From NCBI GenBank assembly GCA_965243285.1, contig OZ251537.1, positions 570,387-634,386 on the forward strand: a stretch of 64,000 bases of DNA, in the 5' to 3' direction. The notes below the pieces were generated by a model, which was given only the letters and a program-made list of their open reading frames with translations, was not told where the DNA came from and searched no databases. Shown piece by piece: positions 28,845-40,202 of the stretch. Source of the stretch: Candidatus Poriferihabitaceae bacterium (GTDB lineage Bacteria; Pseudomonadota; Gammaproteobacteria; Arenicellales; Poriferihabitantaceae). A program made the translations under genes and the position numbers. How positions within the stretch are numbered: the first letter of the stretch is position 1; each line of letters opens with the position of its first letter.

Positions 28845-29174
28845 TCACGCCGCCTGCTTGATTTGCGCGCTGATTTGCGTGTTGATTTGCGACTCGGCCG
28901 AGCGAGAAAAACGCTCGATATGCATGCGGCGAACCGGCGCGCGTTGGCCGCCGCTGGCGACCACTTCGGAGATTTGGCTGCGTTCGATGCCGATGTCGCG
29001 CAACAACGCATCCGGCATGCTGTGCAATTCGCGCATCGCGGCGCTGCGGCTGCGCCAGCCTTTGACCGCCGCCACGACTTTGGAAAGCATGGTCGGGCGA
29101 AACAGGCCGTGCAAGATATTGCTATTGCCGGCGTAGAGGCTATCGATACGGCTGGCGTAGGTTTGTGTGTTCAT
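28845..29174 (-). CDS. DUF1127 domain protein
   Basis: W..RSAAMRELHSMPDALLRDIGIERSQI matches the DUF1127 pattern (L..L.D..L.DIGI.R..I). Confidence 0.65.
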   Translation of the reverse strand: MNTQTYASRIDSLYAGNSNILHGLFRPTMLSKVVAAVKGWRSRSAAMRELHSMPDALLRDIGIERSQISEVVASGGQRAPVRRMHIERFSRSAESQINTQISAQIKQAA

Positions 29175-29462
29175 GGTCGGTTACCCTCTATTTAATGGAT
29201 CATTGCGATCGCCAAAATTGCTGTGGCGTCCGTTAAGAGTGAGACGCCGCCGGATTGAGTCAAACGATGGCCTGACTATTTTTTCGCCACCGATACATCA
29301 CTTGCATTTCATCGACTTGAATCTCATCGACTTGAATCGCGTCGAATGGGGGTTGGTCAAATGAATTTATCGATGGCGGGTAAAATTAATCATGCTCATG
29401 AGTGACCGATGCCAATTTAGGGGCTATGGCGCTTGAAAACAAACGATTTATATTCATAATAA

Positions 29463-29482
29463 CTATGAGCTATTGGTCATAG
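29463..29482. promoter_or_regulatory. candidate LysR-type operator (palindrome) in the divergent promoter region
   Basis: CTATGA-N8-TCATAG (contains a T-N11-A core) about 60 bp upstream of the LysR-family gene. Inference only. Confidence 0.3.
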
Positions 29483-29540
29483 ATTAAAATCGCGGCGCGC
29501 TGCCAACGCCCGCCCCGCCGCGCCCGACCAGCCCGCCGCC

Positions 29541-30494
29541 ATGAGCATACGCTTCCCGCCCATTTCCGCCTTGCGCGCCCTCGAGGCGGCGGCGCGGCAC
29601 TTGAGTTTCAGCCGCGCCGCCGAGGAGTTGTTCGTGACCCAGAGCGCCATCAGCCATCAGGTCAAGCGCGCCGAGGAGTTATGGGGGCTGAAGTTGTTCG
29701 AGCAGCGCGGTCGCCGCGTGGCGCTCACCGAAGCCGGGCATGCGTTAGCGCCGGTGATTCGCGATTTCATCCGCCGCATCACCCTCACGTTGGAAGACCT
29801 CAACGAAAAAAACACCGCCACGGCGCTGCGCGTCACCTTGTTGCAATCCTTCGCCTTCAAATGGCTGGTGCATCGCCTCGGCCACTTCAACCAAGATTAC
29901 CCGGACATCGCGGTGTGGATTTCCACCTCGGACGACTTGGTGGATTTCGACGCCAAAAACGCCGATGTGGGCATTCGCTTAGGCTATGGCGGATGGAGCA
30001 ATCTGCACGAGGAATTGCTGCTCACCGAGTATGTTTTTCCGGTGTGCAGTCCAGCATTTTTGCGCAGCCACCCCATGCCGAGCAGCCCGGTCGGGCTGCT
30101 CAAATTGCCGCTGTTGCGCCGCAGCGCGGTGGACATCTGCCCGCGCTGGCGGGATTGGTTTCGCGATGCTGGCGTGACCGTGGCGCGCATGCCGGCCGGC
30201 GGCCAGTTTCCGCAGACCAGCCTGGCGGTGCAGGCCGCCATCGACGACCAAGGCGTAGCCCTGGCGCGCAGCGCGCATGTGTTAGACGACCTAAACGCCG
30301 GGCGGTTGACGCGCCTATTCCCGCAAGTATTGAGCCGCTCCAGCGTGTCGTATTATTTTGTATGCGTGCCGGGGCGGGAAAGCGAGCCGCAAATCGCCGC
30401 CTTCCACGAATGGCTACTGCGCGAGGCGAAAAAATCCCAACGCGAATTCGACCACATGGCGCACACCGCCGAGGCTCCGCTGCTGGCTATTTGA
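29541..30494 (+). CDS. LysR-family transcriptional regulator (GcvA/AmpR-like)
   Basis: N-terminal wHTH LRALEAAARHLSFSRAAEELFVTQSAISHQVKRAEE..G..LF.R followed by a LysR substrate domain. Confidence 0.85.
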   Translation: MSIRFPPISALRALEAAARHLSFSRAAEELFVTQSAISHQVKRAEELWGLKLFEQRGRRVALTEAGHALAPVIRDFIRRITLTLEDLNEKNTATALRVTLLQSFAFKWLVHRLGHFNQDYPDIAVWISTSDDLVDFDAKNADVGIRLGYGGWSNLHEELLLTEYVFPVCSPAFLRSHPMPSSPVGLLKLPLLRRSAVDICPRWRDWFRDAGVTVARMPAGGQFPQTSLAVQAAIDDQGVALARSAHVLDDLNAGRLTRLFPQVLSRSSVSYYFVCVPGRESEPQIAAFHEWLLREAKKSQREFDHMAHTAEAPLLAI

Positions 30495-30599
30495 GGAGTG
30501 CTTTATCCCTAAATCCGCATGTTGGAATGAGTTGAAGATTTAAAGGCAACAGCAAAAAGACCAACAGCAACAGCCCCCCACCCAAAACTGGCGAATGTC

Positions 30600-30725
30600 G
30601 TGGCGGATGGCGCGAGATTCAGCGAAATTTCCCCGCGATTCAGGCGGATTTTAGGTGGATTCCCTCAAATTCCACCGGATTCAGGCGGATTCAGCCAGAT
30701 TCACCGCCCAATTTCGCCGATTTCA
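30600..30725. repeat. phased A/T-tract array overlapping the 3' end of wrbA
   Basis: GCGAGATTCAGCGAAATTTCCCCGCGATTCAGGCGGATTTTAGGTGGATTCCCTCAAATTCCACCGGATTCAGGCGGATTCAGCCAGATTCACCGCCCAATTTCGCCGATTTC. Confidence 0.7.
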
Positions 30726-31308
30726 ACGCCACGGCGCATGTGGCGACGCGTCGACCTAAAATTTCGGCGCTGGCGATTTCGTCGGCGCTGATGGGGCGAT
30801 GGGCGCCGCTGCCGGCCACATGGCTGGCGCCGTACGGCGTGCCGCCGGTGGTGGTCTGACCGATGGGGGAGGCGTAAAACGGGATGCCGACTAGCACCAT
30901 GCCGTGGTGGATGAGCGGCAGCATCATCGCCAGCAGGGTGCTTTCTTGCCCGCCGTGCAGGCTGCCGCTGGAGGTGAATACGCCGCCCGGTTTGCCGTCC
31001 AACGCGCCGGATAACCACAGCGCCGTGCTTTGCTCGAAAAAATGCTTGAGCGCCGCCGCCGCCGTGCCGAACCGCGTCGGGCTGCCGAGAATCAAGCCAT
31101 CGCAGGCGGCCAAATCGTCCAGCGTGGCATAGACATCGCCCCGCGGCGGGATGGGCGGCGCGGTGGCTTCGCAGGTGGTCGACACCGCCGGCACGGTGCG
31201 CACCACCGCCTCGCACTGCGCGACGCCCTCCACCCCAGCGGCGATGTGTCGCGCCAACTGCGCCACCGCGCCGTGGCGGCTGTAATACAAAATCAGCAGT
31301 TTTGCCAC
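30691..31308 (-). CDS. wrbA: NAD(P)H:quinone oxidoreductase, WrbA-type flavodoxin-like
   Basis: From GTG: VAKLLILYYSRHGAVAQLARHIAAG... parallels E. coli WrbA MAKVLVLYYSMYGHIE... Also GSPTRFG and GGQESTLL motifs. Confidence 0.8.
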   Translation of the reverse strand: MAKLLILYYSRHGAVAQLARHIAAGVEGVAQCEAVVRTVPAVSTTCEATAPPIPPRGDVYATLDDLAACDGLILGSPTRFGTAAAALKHFFEQSTALWLSGALDGKPGGVFTSSGSLHGGQESTLLAMMLPLIHHGMVLVGIPFYASPIGQTTTGGTPYGASHVAGSGAHRPISADEIASAEILGRRVATCAVALKSAKLGGESG

Positions 31309-31409
31309 AAGGGATTTTGTCGGGCTATTAAATTCCAAAATCAACAGCGAAAATCAACAGCGAAGTCAAAAGCAAAATCAAAATTAACAGCCCCCACCAA
31401 CCCTCCCCC

Positions 31410-32354
31410 TCAGGTAAGCAAAAACTCCATCAGCGCTTTTTGGGCGTGTAGGCGATTTTCGGCTTGCTCCCACACTACGCTGTGCTCGCCGTCGATGACT
31501 TCGGCGCTGACTTCATAGCCGCGATAGGCTGGCAGGCAGTGCATGAACAAGGCGCCGCTGGTGGCGCGTGACATCATGGCTTGGTCTACGCAAAAGCCGG
31601 CAAAATCGGCCTCGCGGCGCTTTTTTTCATCCTCTTGACCCATGCTTATCCAGGCATCGGTGACCACTAAATCAGCGCCTTGGACGGCCGCCGCCGGGTC
31701 GGTGCCAATCTCTACGCAGTGCGCGCATTGGCGAGATAAATCGGCCTGCGGCGCATACCCTTTGGGGGTGGCGATGGCGAGGTCGAAATCCAACTGGCGG
31801 GCCGCGTTCATCCACGAATGGCACACATTATTGCCATCGCCTATCCACGCCACGCGCCGCCCGCGTAAATCACCGCGACGCTCGTGGTAGGTTTGAATAT
31901 CAGCCAACAACTGGCACGGATGGTTGAAATCGGACAGCCCGTTTATCACCGGCACGGTGGCGTATTTCGCCATGCGCTCGACGCGCTCGTGCGGCCCGGT
32001 GCGCATGATGATGAGGCGCGCCATGCGCGATAGCACGCGCGCCGTGTCTTCCACCGGCTCGCCGCGCCCGAGGTGGGAATCCGCGGCCTCCAAAAAGACC
32101 GCGCCGCCGCCCATTTGCGTCACCCCGGCGGCGAAGGATACCCGCGTGCGGGTGGATGATTTCTCGAACACCAAGGCCGCGCTTTGGTTGCGCAACAAAC
32201 CCGCCACGCTGCGCGGCGACGGCGTCTCGCCCTTGGATTTGGCCTTCGATTTGCTGTTGGATTTCGCCTTCAGCTCGGTGGCGCGCGCGACCATGCGCCG
32301 CAACTCGTCCGGCAGCACATCCATCAGCGATAAAAAGTGGCGAAGTGGCGTCAT
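31410..32354 (-). CDS. argF: ornithine carbamoyltransferase
   Basis: FEKSSTRTRVSF, DFNHPCQLLAD and FMHCLPAYRG motifs. Confidence 0.85.
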   Translation of the reverse strand: MTPLRHFLSLMDVLPDELRRMVARATELKAKSNSKSKAKSKGETPSPRSVAGLLRNQSAALVFEKSSTRTRVSFAAGVTQMGGGAVFLEAADSHLGRGEPVEDTARVLSRMARLIIMRTGPHERVERMAKYATVPVINGLSDFNHPCQLLADIQTYHERRGDLRGRRVAWIGDGNNVCHSWMNAARQLDFDLAIATPKGYAPQADLSRQCAHCVEIGTDPAAAVQGADLVVTDAWISMGQEDEKKRREADFAGFCVDQAMMSRATSGALFMHCLPAYRGYEVSAEVIDGEHSVVWEQAENRLHAQKALMEFLLT

Positions 32355-32583
32355 TAATGTCCTCCTGCGTGGATTATAGCCCAGCGGCCGCCAAACCTAG
32401 CTCGGCGCGTTATCGCCCAGCCCGAGAGCCGCGCCAGATGAGCCGACCGCTTCCCATAAAACTGCGCTAATGATACCCTCTTGGGCGCGCCGTGGGGCAT
32501 TTGCCGATGCTGCCGCCGCCACCGCCGTCGCCGCCGGCCCCTTAGCGCGGCTCGCTCGCTTAAAACTGCCCCGCCTGCCCGTT

Positions 32584-33801
<1,218 letters not shown>

Positions 33802-33992
33802 AGTGTGGAATTAGGGTTTTTGGCCGCCGGGCGGGGTTTCATTGACGGCGAAAGGCGCGAGTTTTGGTCGCCGCCCGGGCAAATTCACCCTTGTTTCTTT
33901 GCCCATTTTTAATACGCCGAGCAGTGCGGGCGGGATTTAACTAGGCAATTCCCTTAAAATCCCCAACCTATCTTAACGCCGCGCTTAATCCA

Positions 33993-34484
33993 GTGAAAAA
34001 AACCAACCTGGCGCTGCTTGTCATCGGCGGTTTTGTGCTGATGGCGGCATTAATTTACTATCTGGCGCGCCCGCAGCCGGCCGCCCAAGTCGCGTTTGTC
34101 GGTCAACATGCGGTGCGATTATTGCCCGAGCAGGCCTTGGTTGTCGCCCAAGGCGCGGTGGTGTACGCCCAACATTGCGCCGCCTGTCATGGCGCTGACC
34201 TGCGCGGCCAACCGAATTGGCGCGCTCGCTCCGCCGACGGCAGATTGCCGGCGCCACCGCATGACGAAAGCGGCCACACCTGGCACCACTCGGATTCCAA
34301 CCTGTTCAACCTCACCAAATACGGCATCGAAGCCATGCTCGGCAAACAATACCCCAACAACATGCCGGCCTATGCAAACCGGCTCACCGATGCGGACATC
34401 ATCGCCGCGCTGTCCTTCATCAAAAGCCAGTGGCCGGACCACATTAAACGCCAGCACGCGCAAATAAATGCGGCCGAAAAATAA
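33993..34484 (+). CDS. membrane-anchored c-type cytochrome
   Basis: N-terminal TM/signal anchor, a single CAACHG heme site and a distal NMPAY Met region. Confidence 0.7.
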   Translation: MKKTNLALLVIGGFVLMAALIYYLARPQPAAQVAFVGQHAVRLLPEQALVVAQGAVVYAQHCAACHGADLRGQPNWRARSADGRLPAPPHDESGHTWHHSDSNLFNLTKYGIEAMLGKQYPNNMPAYANRLTDADIIAALSFIKSQWPDHIKRQHAQINAAEK

Positions 34485-34489
34485 CTCAT

Positions 34490-35030
34490 AACCTGATTTG
34501 GGATTTTGATTTTCGATTGTCGTTTTGGCCTTTAAATTTTCACCCCATCAGCCACAAAAGATGAGTTAAAAGATACAACATCAACATCAACATCAACATC
34601 AACATCAACATCAACATCAACATCAACATCAACAGAAAAATCAAAGTCAAAGCAACATCAAAAGCGAACAGCAACAGCAACAGCGGAAATCAAAAGCGAA
34701 AAGTAACAGCCACAACCACAGCGGAAATCAAACGCACCCCCCACCAAAACTGGCGATGAAACCGCCAGTTTTGGCTCCCCCCTAAAAAGATAGGGTGGAG
34801 CAAAGCCTTAACAGCAAAATCAAAAGCCAAAGCGAAATCAATAGCCAGATCAAAGCCCCCCCACCAAAGCAGCTCACGCCGGTCGGCGCGGCTCTGCTTT
34901 GACTCCCTCATGATGTACGCGGGGGGAGTGAAGATTAAAAGCCAAAGCCAAAGCCAACGCGAAAAGCAACATCAAAAGCCAAGAACCAAGCTAAACCCAA
35001 ACCGCAAACCCTAAAATCAAAAACCAAAAA
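34490..35030. repeat. cluster of MITE-type modules, including a (CAACAT)~10 microsatellite at 34576-34634
   Basis: Central-module variant TTTAAATTTTCACCCCATCAGCC, a CAACAT array, two hairpin modules (34737-34785, 34850-34900) and AAAAGC arms. No TIR seen. Confidence 0.75.
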
Positions 35031-35051
35031 CAACGGCCGCCGCTCTCCGTC

Positions 35052-35756
35052 GTGGTGCCGTTGTATAACGAGGGCGGGCGCGCCATCTCGGTGGCGACGC
35101 ATGTATTGCGGCTGCCGAATGTGGCCGAAGCGGTGTTAGTCGATGCCAGCGATGACCCGGCCTCGCGCGCCATCATCGCGCGTTTGCGGCGGCGCTTGCG
35201 CGCCCACCCCCGCCTGCGCGTGCTTACCAGCGCGGCCATCGGGCGCGGCTGCCAAATGAATGTGGGCGCCGCGCACTGCGCCGGCGCGCGCTTATTATTC
35301 TTGCACTGCGACACCCGCCTGCCCGCAGACGCCGCGGCGCGCGTGGCCCAAGCCTTATCCGCCGGCGCCGATTGGGGCTGGTTCGAAGTGCGGCTGGAGG
35401 CGCGCGGTGCGGCCTATCGCATCATCGAGCGCATGGTAAACCTGCGCACCCGCGCCAGCGGCATCGCCAGCGGCGACCAAGCCATGTTCATGCGGCGCTC
35501 GGTTTTCGCGGCCCACGGCGGCTTTGCCGACCTCGCCCTGATGGAAGACCTCGACCTATCGCGGCGCCTAAAACGCCGCAGCCGCCCGGCCCGCATCACC
35601 ACCCCAGCGCGCACTTCAGCCCGCCGCTGGCAACAACACGGCGTACTACGCACCGTGCTCCTGATGTGGAATCTGCGCGCGCAGTATTATCTCGGCGCCG
35701 ACCCGGCGCGCCTCGCCGCCCGCTACCGCCAGACGCGCCGTGGCGATGCAGGATGA
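35052..35756 (+). CDS. family-2 glycosyltransferase (TIGR04283-like)
   Basis: (LSV)VVPLYNE...VLVDASDD start typical of GT2. Paired with a DUF2064 gene downstream. The only available start is GTG at the very edge of the repeat cluster. Confidence 0.6.
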   Translation: MVPLYNEGGRAISVATHVLRLPNVAEAVLVDASDDPASRAIIARLRRRLRAHPRLRVLTSAAIGRGCQMNVGAAHCAGARLLFLHCDTRLPADAAARVAQALSAGADWGWFEVRLEARGAAYRIIERMVNLRTRASGIASGDQAMFMRRSVFAAHGGFADLALMEDLDLSRRLKRRSRPARITTPARTSARRWQQHGVLRTVLLMWNLRAQYYLGADPARLAARYRQTRRGDAG

Positions 35757-35934
35757 ATGGCGGCGGCGAGCGGCGAATGCCTAGCAATCGCCCCGGCGGT
35801 CAATCCATGCGAGTGAATCAGCCATAAACCGCGCCCTGACAGCAAAACTCAGCCGGCCTCGACCCCCGCTACCGCCAAGCGCGCTGTGGCGATGCGAGGT
35901 GAATGGCAGCGCGAGCGGCGAATGCCTAGCAATC

Positions 35935-36035
35935 GCCCGGCGAGCCAGGAATTTGGGCTGAATTCGGGCGAAACTAGTCTGAATCCAGGTGAATTCCAGT
36001 GAATTCCAGTGAATTCCGGCAAATCCAGACCGAAT
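35935..36035. repeat. phased A/T-tract array with three GAATTCCAGT-type units
   Basis: GGAATTTGGGCTGAATTCGGGCGAAACTAGTCTGAATCCAGGTGAATTCCAGTGAATTCCAGTGAATTCCGGCAAATCCAGACCGAATCTGCG, upstream of the DUF2064 gene. Confidence 0.7.
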
Positions 36036-36061
36036 CTGCGACATTTTGCCATCCCGCCCCC

Positions 36062-36721
36062 ATGCCCGCCGACTCCGCATCCACCGCCCGCATTCCCTTG
36101 TGTTTGATGGCGAAAGCGCCAGTCGCCGGCGCAGTGAAAACCCGCATGGCGCCGCCGCTCAGCCCGGCGCAGGCGGCGCAACTGGCGGCGCAAATGCTGC
36201 GCCAAACGGTGCGCGCCGCGTGTCGCCACTGGCCGGGCGAGGTGATGTTGTGGGTATCGCCGCGCCCCGACCACCCGCTCTTCGTCCAACTCGCGGCGCG
36301 CTGGCGGCTGACCGTCGTCACCCAAACCGATGGCGATTTGGGGACGCGCATGGCGCACGCATTGCGCGGTGCCATGGCGCGCCGCGGTGCCGACGCGGCC
36401 GCGGTGATGGGCTGCGACACGCCGCATTGCCCGCCGGCCACCTTCGCCGCGGCGCACGCCATGCTGGCGCGCCGCGAGTGCCCGGTCGGCCCCGCGGCCG
36501 ATGGCGGCTTCTACCTATTAGGCCTGCAGCGCGGCGACCCCATGCCGTTCGCCAACATCGATTGGCTCGCCGAGCAAACCCTGCCCGCAGTGCGCGCCCA
36601 CGCCCGCGACCTCACCCTGTCGCTGCGCGATTTGCCGCCGCTACGCGACATCGACCGCTACTGCGACCTCGAATACCTCGCCACCATCGAGCCGGCCTAT
36701 CGCGCCTTCGTCGCCACCTAA
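36062..36721 (+). CDS. DUF2064 (TIGR04282-like) glycosyltransferase-associated protein
   Basis: CLMAKAPVAGAVKTRMAPPLSP... fits the DUF2064 N-terminal pattern (aK.P.pG.vKTRl). Adjacent to the GT2 gene. Confidence 0.6.
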   Translation: MPADSASTARIPLCLMAKAPVAGAVKTRMAPPLSPAQAAQLAAQMLRQTVRAACRHWPGEVMLWVSPRPDHPLFVQLAARWRLTVVTQTDGDLGTRMAHALRGAMARRGADAAAVMGCDTPHCPPATFAAAHAMLARRECPVGPAADGGFYLLGLQRGDPMPFANIDWLAEQTLPAVRAHARDLTLSLRDLPPLRDIDRYCDLEYLATIEPAYRAFVAT

Positions 36722-36759
36722 TCATCGGCTATGATTCCAGTCACCCGATTTGGATGCGG

Positions 36760-37200
<441 letters not shown>

Positions 37201-37229
37201 AGACCGCCACCTCCCTAAAAACACCTACC

Positions 37230-38216
37230 ATGACATCCGCTCGGCGTAAATTCGCGCACTTTGCCAAACCGGCCATACCGCGCTTCCAAGCGGCCTTCCT
37301 CGGGCCGCGGTTTTGGGCGACTTGGGGGCTGATGTTGATATTGCGCATCACCATGCATCTGCCGCGGCGGTGGGTGATGGCGGCCGGCGGGGCGTTAGGC
37401 GACCATTTGCGGCGCCGCAATCACAAGCGGCGGCGCATCGCCGAGATTAATTTGGCGATGTGTTTTCCCGAGCGCAGTGCGGCGCGGCGGCAGCGCATGC
37501 TGAGGTCGCATTTCCGCCAACACGGCCGCGGGCTGCTCGACATGGGGCTGGCGCTGTGGGCCTCGCAAGCGCGCATCGACCGCCTGTGCCGGCTGTGCCA
37601 CGCGCAGCGGCTACGCGAGGTGCCGCCGCAAACCCCCATCATCATCCTCGCCTATCACCTCACCACGCTGGACATCAGCGGCCGCATCCTCGCCGGGCGG
37701 CGCGATTTTGTCTCCATGATGAAGCGCGACCGCAACCCGCTGCTGAATTGGCTGTTGTGGCGGGGGCGCAGCAAAAAAGTCCAACTAAAAATGGTGATGC
37801 GCGACCAGGGCCTGCGCCCGCTGTTGCGGCGGATGAAAGCCGGCGACTCGTGCATGTTTATTCCGGATGAGGATTTCGGGCAAAAAAAACGCGCCGTATT
37901 CACGCCATTTTTCGGCGTGCAAACCTCCACATTAACCGTGGTCGCCCGCTTGGCGCAGCTCAGCGGCGCCCGCGTGATGCCCTGCGCCGCCTTCTTGGAG
38001 CCGCGCACCGGCCATTATGAAATGATTCTCGGCCAGCCGCTGCAGAATTTCCCCAGCGCCGACCCCGGCGCCGACGCGGCGGCTATAAACCGCGCCATGG
38101 AAACTTTGATTCGCCACGCCCCGGAACATTACATGTGGACTTTTCGCTGGTTCAAAACCCGTCCCGACGGGCAACCCAACCCGTATAAATCCCGCGCCGG
38201 TCGTCACCACCCGTGA
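37230..38216 (+). CDS. lpxL: lipid A biosynthesis (lauroyl/myristoyl) acyltransferase
   Basis: N-terminal F..P.FWATW TM region, HX4D-type AYHLTTLD and FIPDEDFG (PDQD-like) motifs of the LpxL/HtrB family. Confidence 0.75.
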   Translation: MTSARRKFAHFAKPAIPRFQAAFLGPRFWATWGLMLILRITMHLPRRWVMAAGGALGDHLRRRNHKRRRIAEINLAMCFPERSAARRQRMLRSHFRQHGRGLLDMGLALWASQARIDRLCRLCHAQRLREVPPQTPIIILAYHLTTLDISGRILAGRRDFVSMMKRDRNPLLNWLLWRGRSKKVQLKMVMRDQGLRPLLRRMKAGDSCMFIPDEDFGQKKRAVFTPFFGVQTSTLTVVARLAQLSGARVMPCAAFLEPRTGHYEMILGQPLQNFPSADPGADAAAINRAMETLIRHAPEHYMWTFRWFKTRPDGQPNPYKSRAGRHHP

Positions 38217-38331
38217 AGTATGCCGGCCAACGAGCCGGCTAGTCGGCAAAACGTCATTTAGACTCCCGCCAATCCCGGCTCACCCAGCGACGCTAAAACG
38301 AATCAGCACCGCATTCATTGGAAATTTATTA

Positions 38332-39249
38332 GTGTCAAACCAAACCCAGCATGTCGATGGCCACGCCATCAAAACGGACGCTGCCGCTTATCGACAACAA
38401 CTCGCTATCGGTAATGCGCCCACATGCGAGAGCAAAACATCGCATATTAATTGTTTGACGGCTAAGCAATGGCTTAAAAGTCAACTAGGTGTATGGCAAT
38501 TCACCTATGAAAAAAGGGACATAAGAAAAAAAGACTTGCACCCCGCCACCTTCCCTATCGGCATGGCCAAAAAAATCATAGCGTTATTTACTCATCAAGG
38601 CGAGTTGGTTTTAGATCCATTCGTGGGTAGCGGTACCACTTTGGTGGCGGCGCAAGATTTGAATCGAAACGCACTCGGTTTTGATTTACAAGAAACCTAT
38701 ATCGATTTGTGCGAGCAACGCCTTGCCAGTGAAAACTTATTTAATAAATCAATGCAAATCGCCATTCAAGATGATGCGATTGGCATCCCCGCTTATTTAA
38801 GTGAAGGCGCGGCGAGTTTGATTTGGACTTCGCCACCGTATGCCAACATGCTCAACAGAAAACGCACCAATAAATCCCGCCGCGACAGAAAAAACGAGCA
38901 ATATTTGCAGGTCGAGCAATACTCTCAAGACCCGCGGGATTTAGGCACCATGGAACTGCCCGAATACACTGCAGCGATGGGCGATATTTACGAATCCCTG
39001 CTGCCGTTGCTCAAACCAAAAGGCCATTGCGTGATAAATGTTCCCGATATGTGGTGGGATAATCAACGCATAACTTTGCATGTTTCGTTGATTCAAGAAT
39101 TGCGAAACCGTGGCTATGAATTTCGTAACACCATCATTTGGGACCGCACCAACATCGTTAACAAAGTGGGAATTTTCGGCTGGCCGAGCAATTACATCAC
39201 TCTGGGAACCACCTTCGAATACCTACTGGATTTTTGGAAGCCGGCATAA
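38332..39249 (+). CDS. DNA methyltransferase, PF01555-type with motif I before motif IV (SPPY; possibly N4-cytosine)
   Basis: LDPFVGSGTTLVAA (FxGxG) precedes LIWTSPPYANM. AT-rich island. The gene downstream is a BcnI/MvaI-family endonuclease, whose known partners are m4C MTases. Confidence 0.8.
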   Translation: MSNQTQHVDGHAIKTDAAAYRQQLAIGNAPTCESKTSHINCLTAKQWLKSQLGVWQFTYEKRDIRKKDLHPATFPIGMAKKIIALFTHQGELVLDPFVGSGTTLVAAQDLNRNALGFDLQETYIDLCEQRLASENLFNKSMQIAIQDDAIGIPAYLSEGAASLIWTSPPYANMLNRKRTNKSRRDRKNEQYLQVEQYSQDPRDLGTMELPEYTAAMGDIYESLLPLLKPKGHCVINVPDMWWDNQRITLHVSLIQELRNRGYEFRNTIIWDRTNIVNKVGIFGWPSNYITLGTTFEYLLDFWKPA

Positions 39250-39254
39250 AACGG

Positions 39255-40034
39255 ATGAAAATTTATACCAAAGCGGAACTGATTTCCGACCTGAAGAACA
39301 TCCGCGAACGCGGCTGGATAGCCAGCACCAGGCCAGGCAATGCCGACAGCGTCGGCAACACCCTCGAAGACTTGCTCGGACTAGCAGAAAACAATTTACC
39401 CATCCCTAACGCCGGGGAGTGGGAGTTGAAGGGTCAAAGAAAAAACACTACTTCGTTGCTTACGCTTTTTCACATGGAACCTTCGCTGCGAGCTATACGG
39501 TTTGTCCCACAAGTGTTTTTGCCTAATTATGGTTGGCCGCATAAAGAGGCCGGGCGAAAATATCCTGCTACCGAAATGAGTTTTCGCCAGACCATTCACG
39601 GCACCAGAAGTGAGCGTGGATTCAAGCTTGTTGCGGCTAGAAAAAGTAAAAAAATTCTCGTCTCCTTTGATGCCGAATCCGTGCACGACAAGCATGCGCA
39701 GTGGCTCGATTCAGTCGACCGCAAGGTTGGGGTTGATGAGATAAACCCGCAACCCTAGTGGGGATTTGACGATCTTTTTTATAAAGCGGGCACTAAATTA
39801 TTGCGTTGCTTTTATTTGCAGGCTAAAGTCAAGCAAATTCGCGGCAAAACCCATTTTCGCTATGACGACATAACCATTCTTCAAGATTTTTCTATGGATA
39901 ACTTGGTCGCTGCGTTGGAAAATGGCGAGATGTTGATTGATTTTGATGCGCGAACTGGGCATAACCATGGCACTAAATTTCGTTTGCGACAGAACTCGTT
40001 ACCGGCGTTGTATTTCAGCGTTGATAAGATTTAA
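39255..40034 (+). pseudogene. BcnI/MvaI-family type II restriction endonuclease with an in-frame TAG at 39756-39758
   Basis: MKIYTKAELISDLKNIRERGW...GEWELKGQRKNTTSLLTLFHMEP parallels R.BcnI (MKIWSKEEVVNKLHEIKNKGY...GEFELKGMRNRKAKSNLTLFHKKP). The same frame continues after the TAG (WGFDDLF...GHNHGTKFRLRQNSLPALY versus GPHDRGPHLRIPISKLDKLY). Confidence 0.8.
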
Positions 40035-40202
40035 CGGGCCGGGATTTATTGCTTGGATTGGCATTAATTCGGCGTTGGTGTGGCGAGTTTTTATGGCGGT
40101 GATGGCGGATTCGAAGCCACCGCTAAACTCCACCCGTCAATGCCACTTAAAGTGTCATCCCAAATTCCTCAAATTCACTCACTTCAATATAGGAATATCG
40201 TT

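Noticed and set aside
35985-36020. GAATTC (EcoRI site) repeated three times in the A-tract array, near a genome encoding an M.EcoRI-family MTase
   Set aside because: The specificity of the MTase homologue is unknown and the gene is dead. GAATTC arises naturally from the GAATT/AAATT repeat unit, so this is probably coincidence.
40038-40060. GGGATTTATTGCTTGGATTGG right after the BcnI-like gene, resembling the start of the MITE TIR
   Set aside because: Only the first 9 nt match, and there is no continuation of the TIR, no partner end and no TSD.
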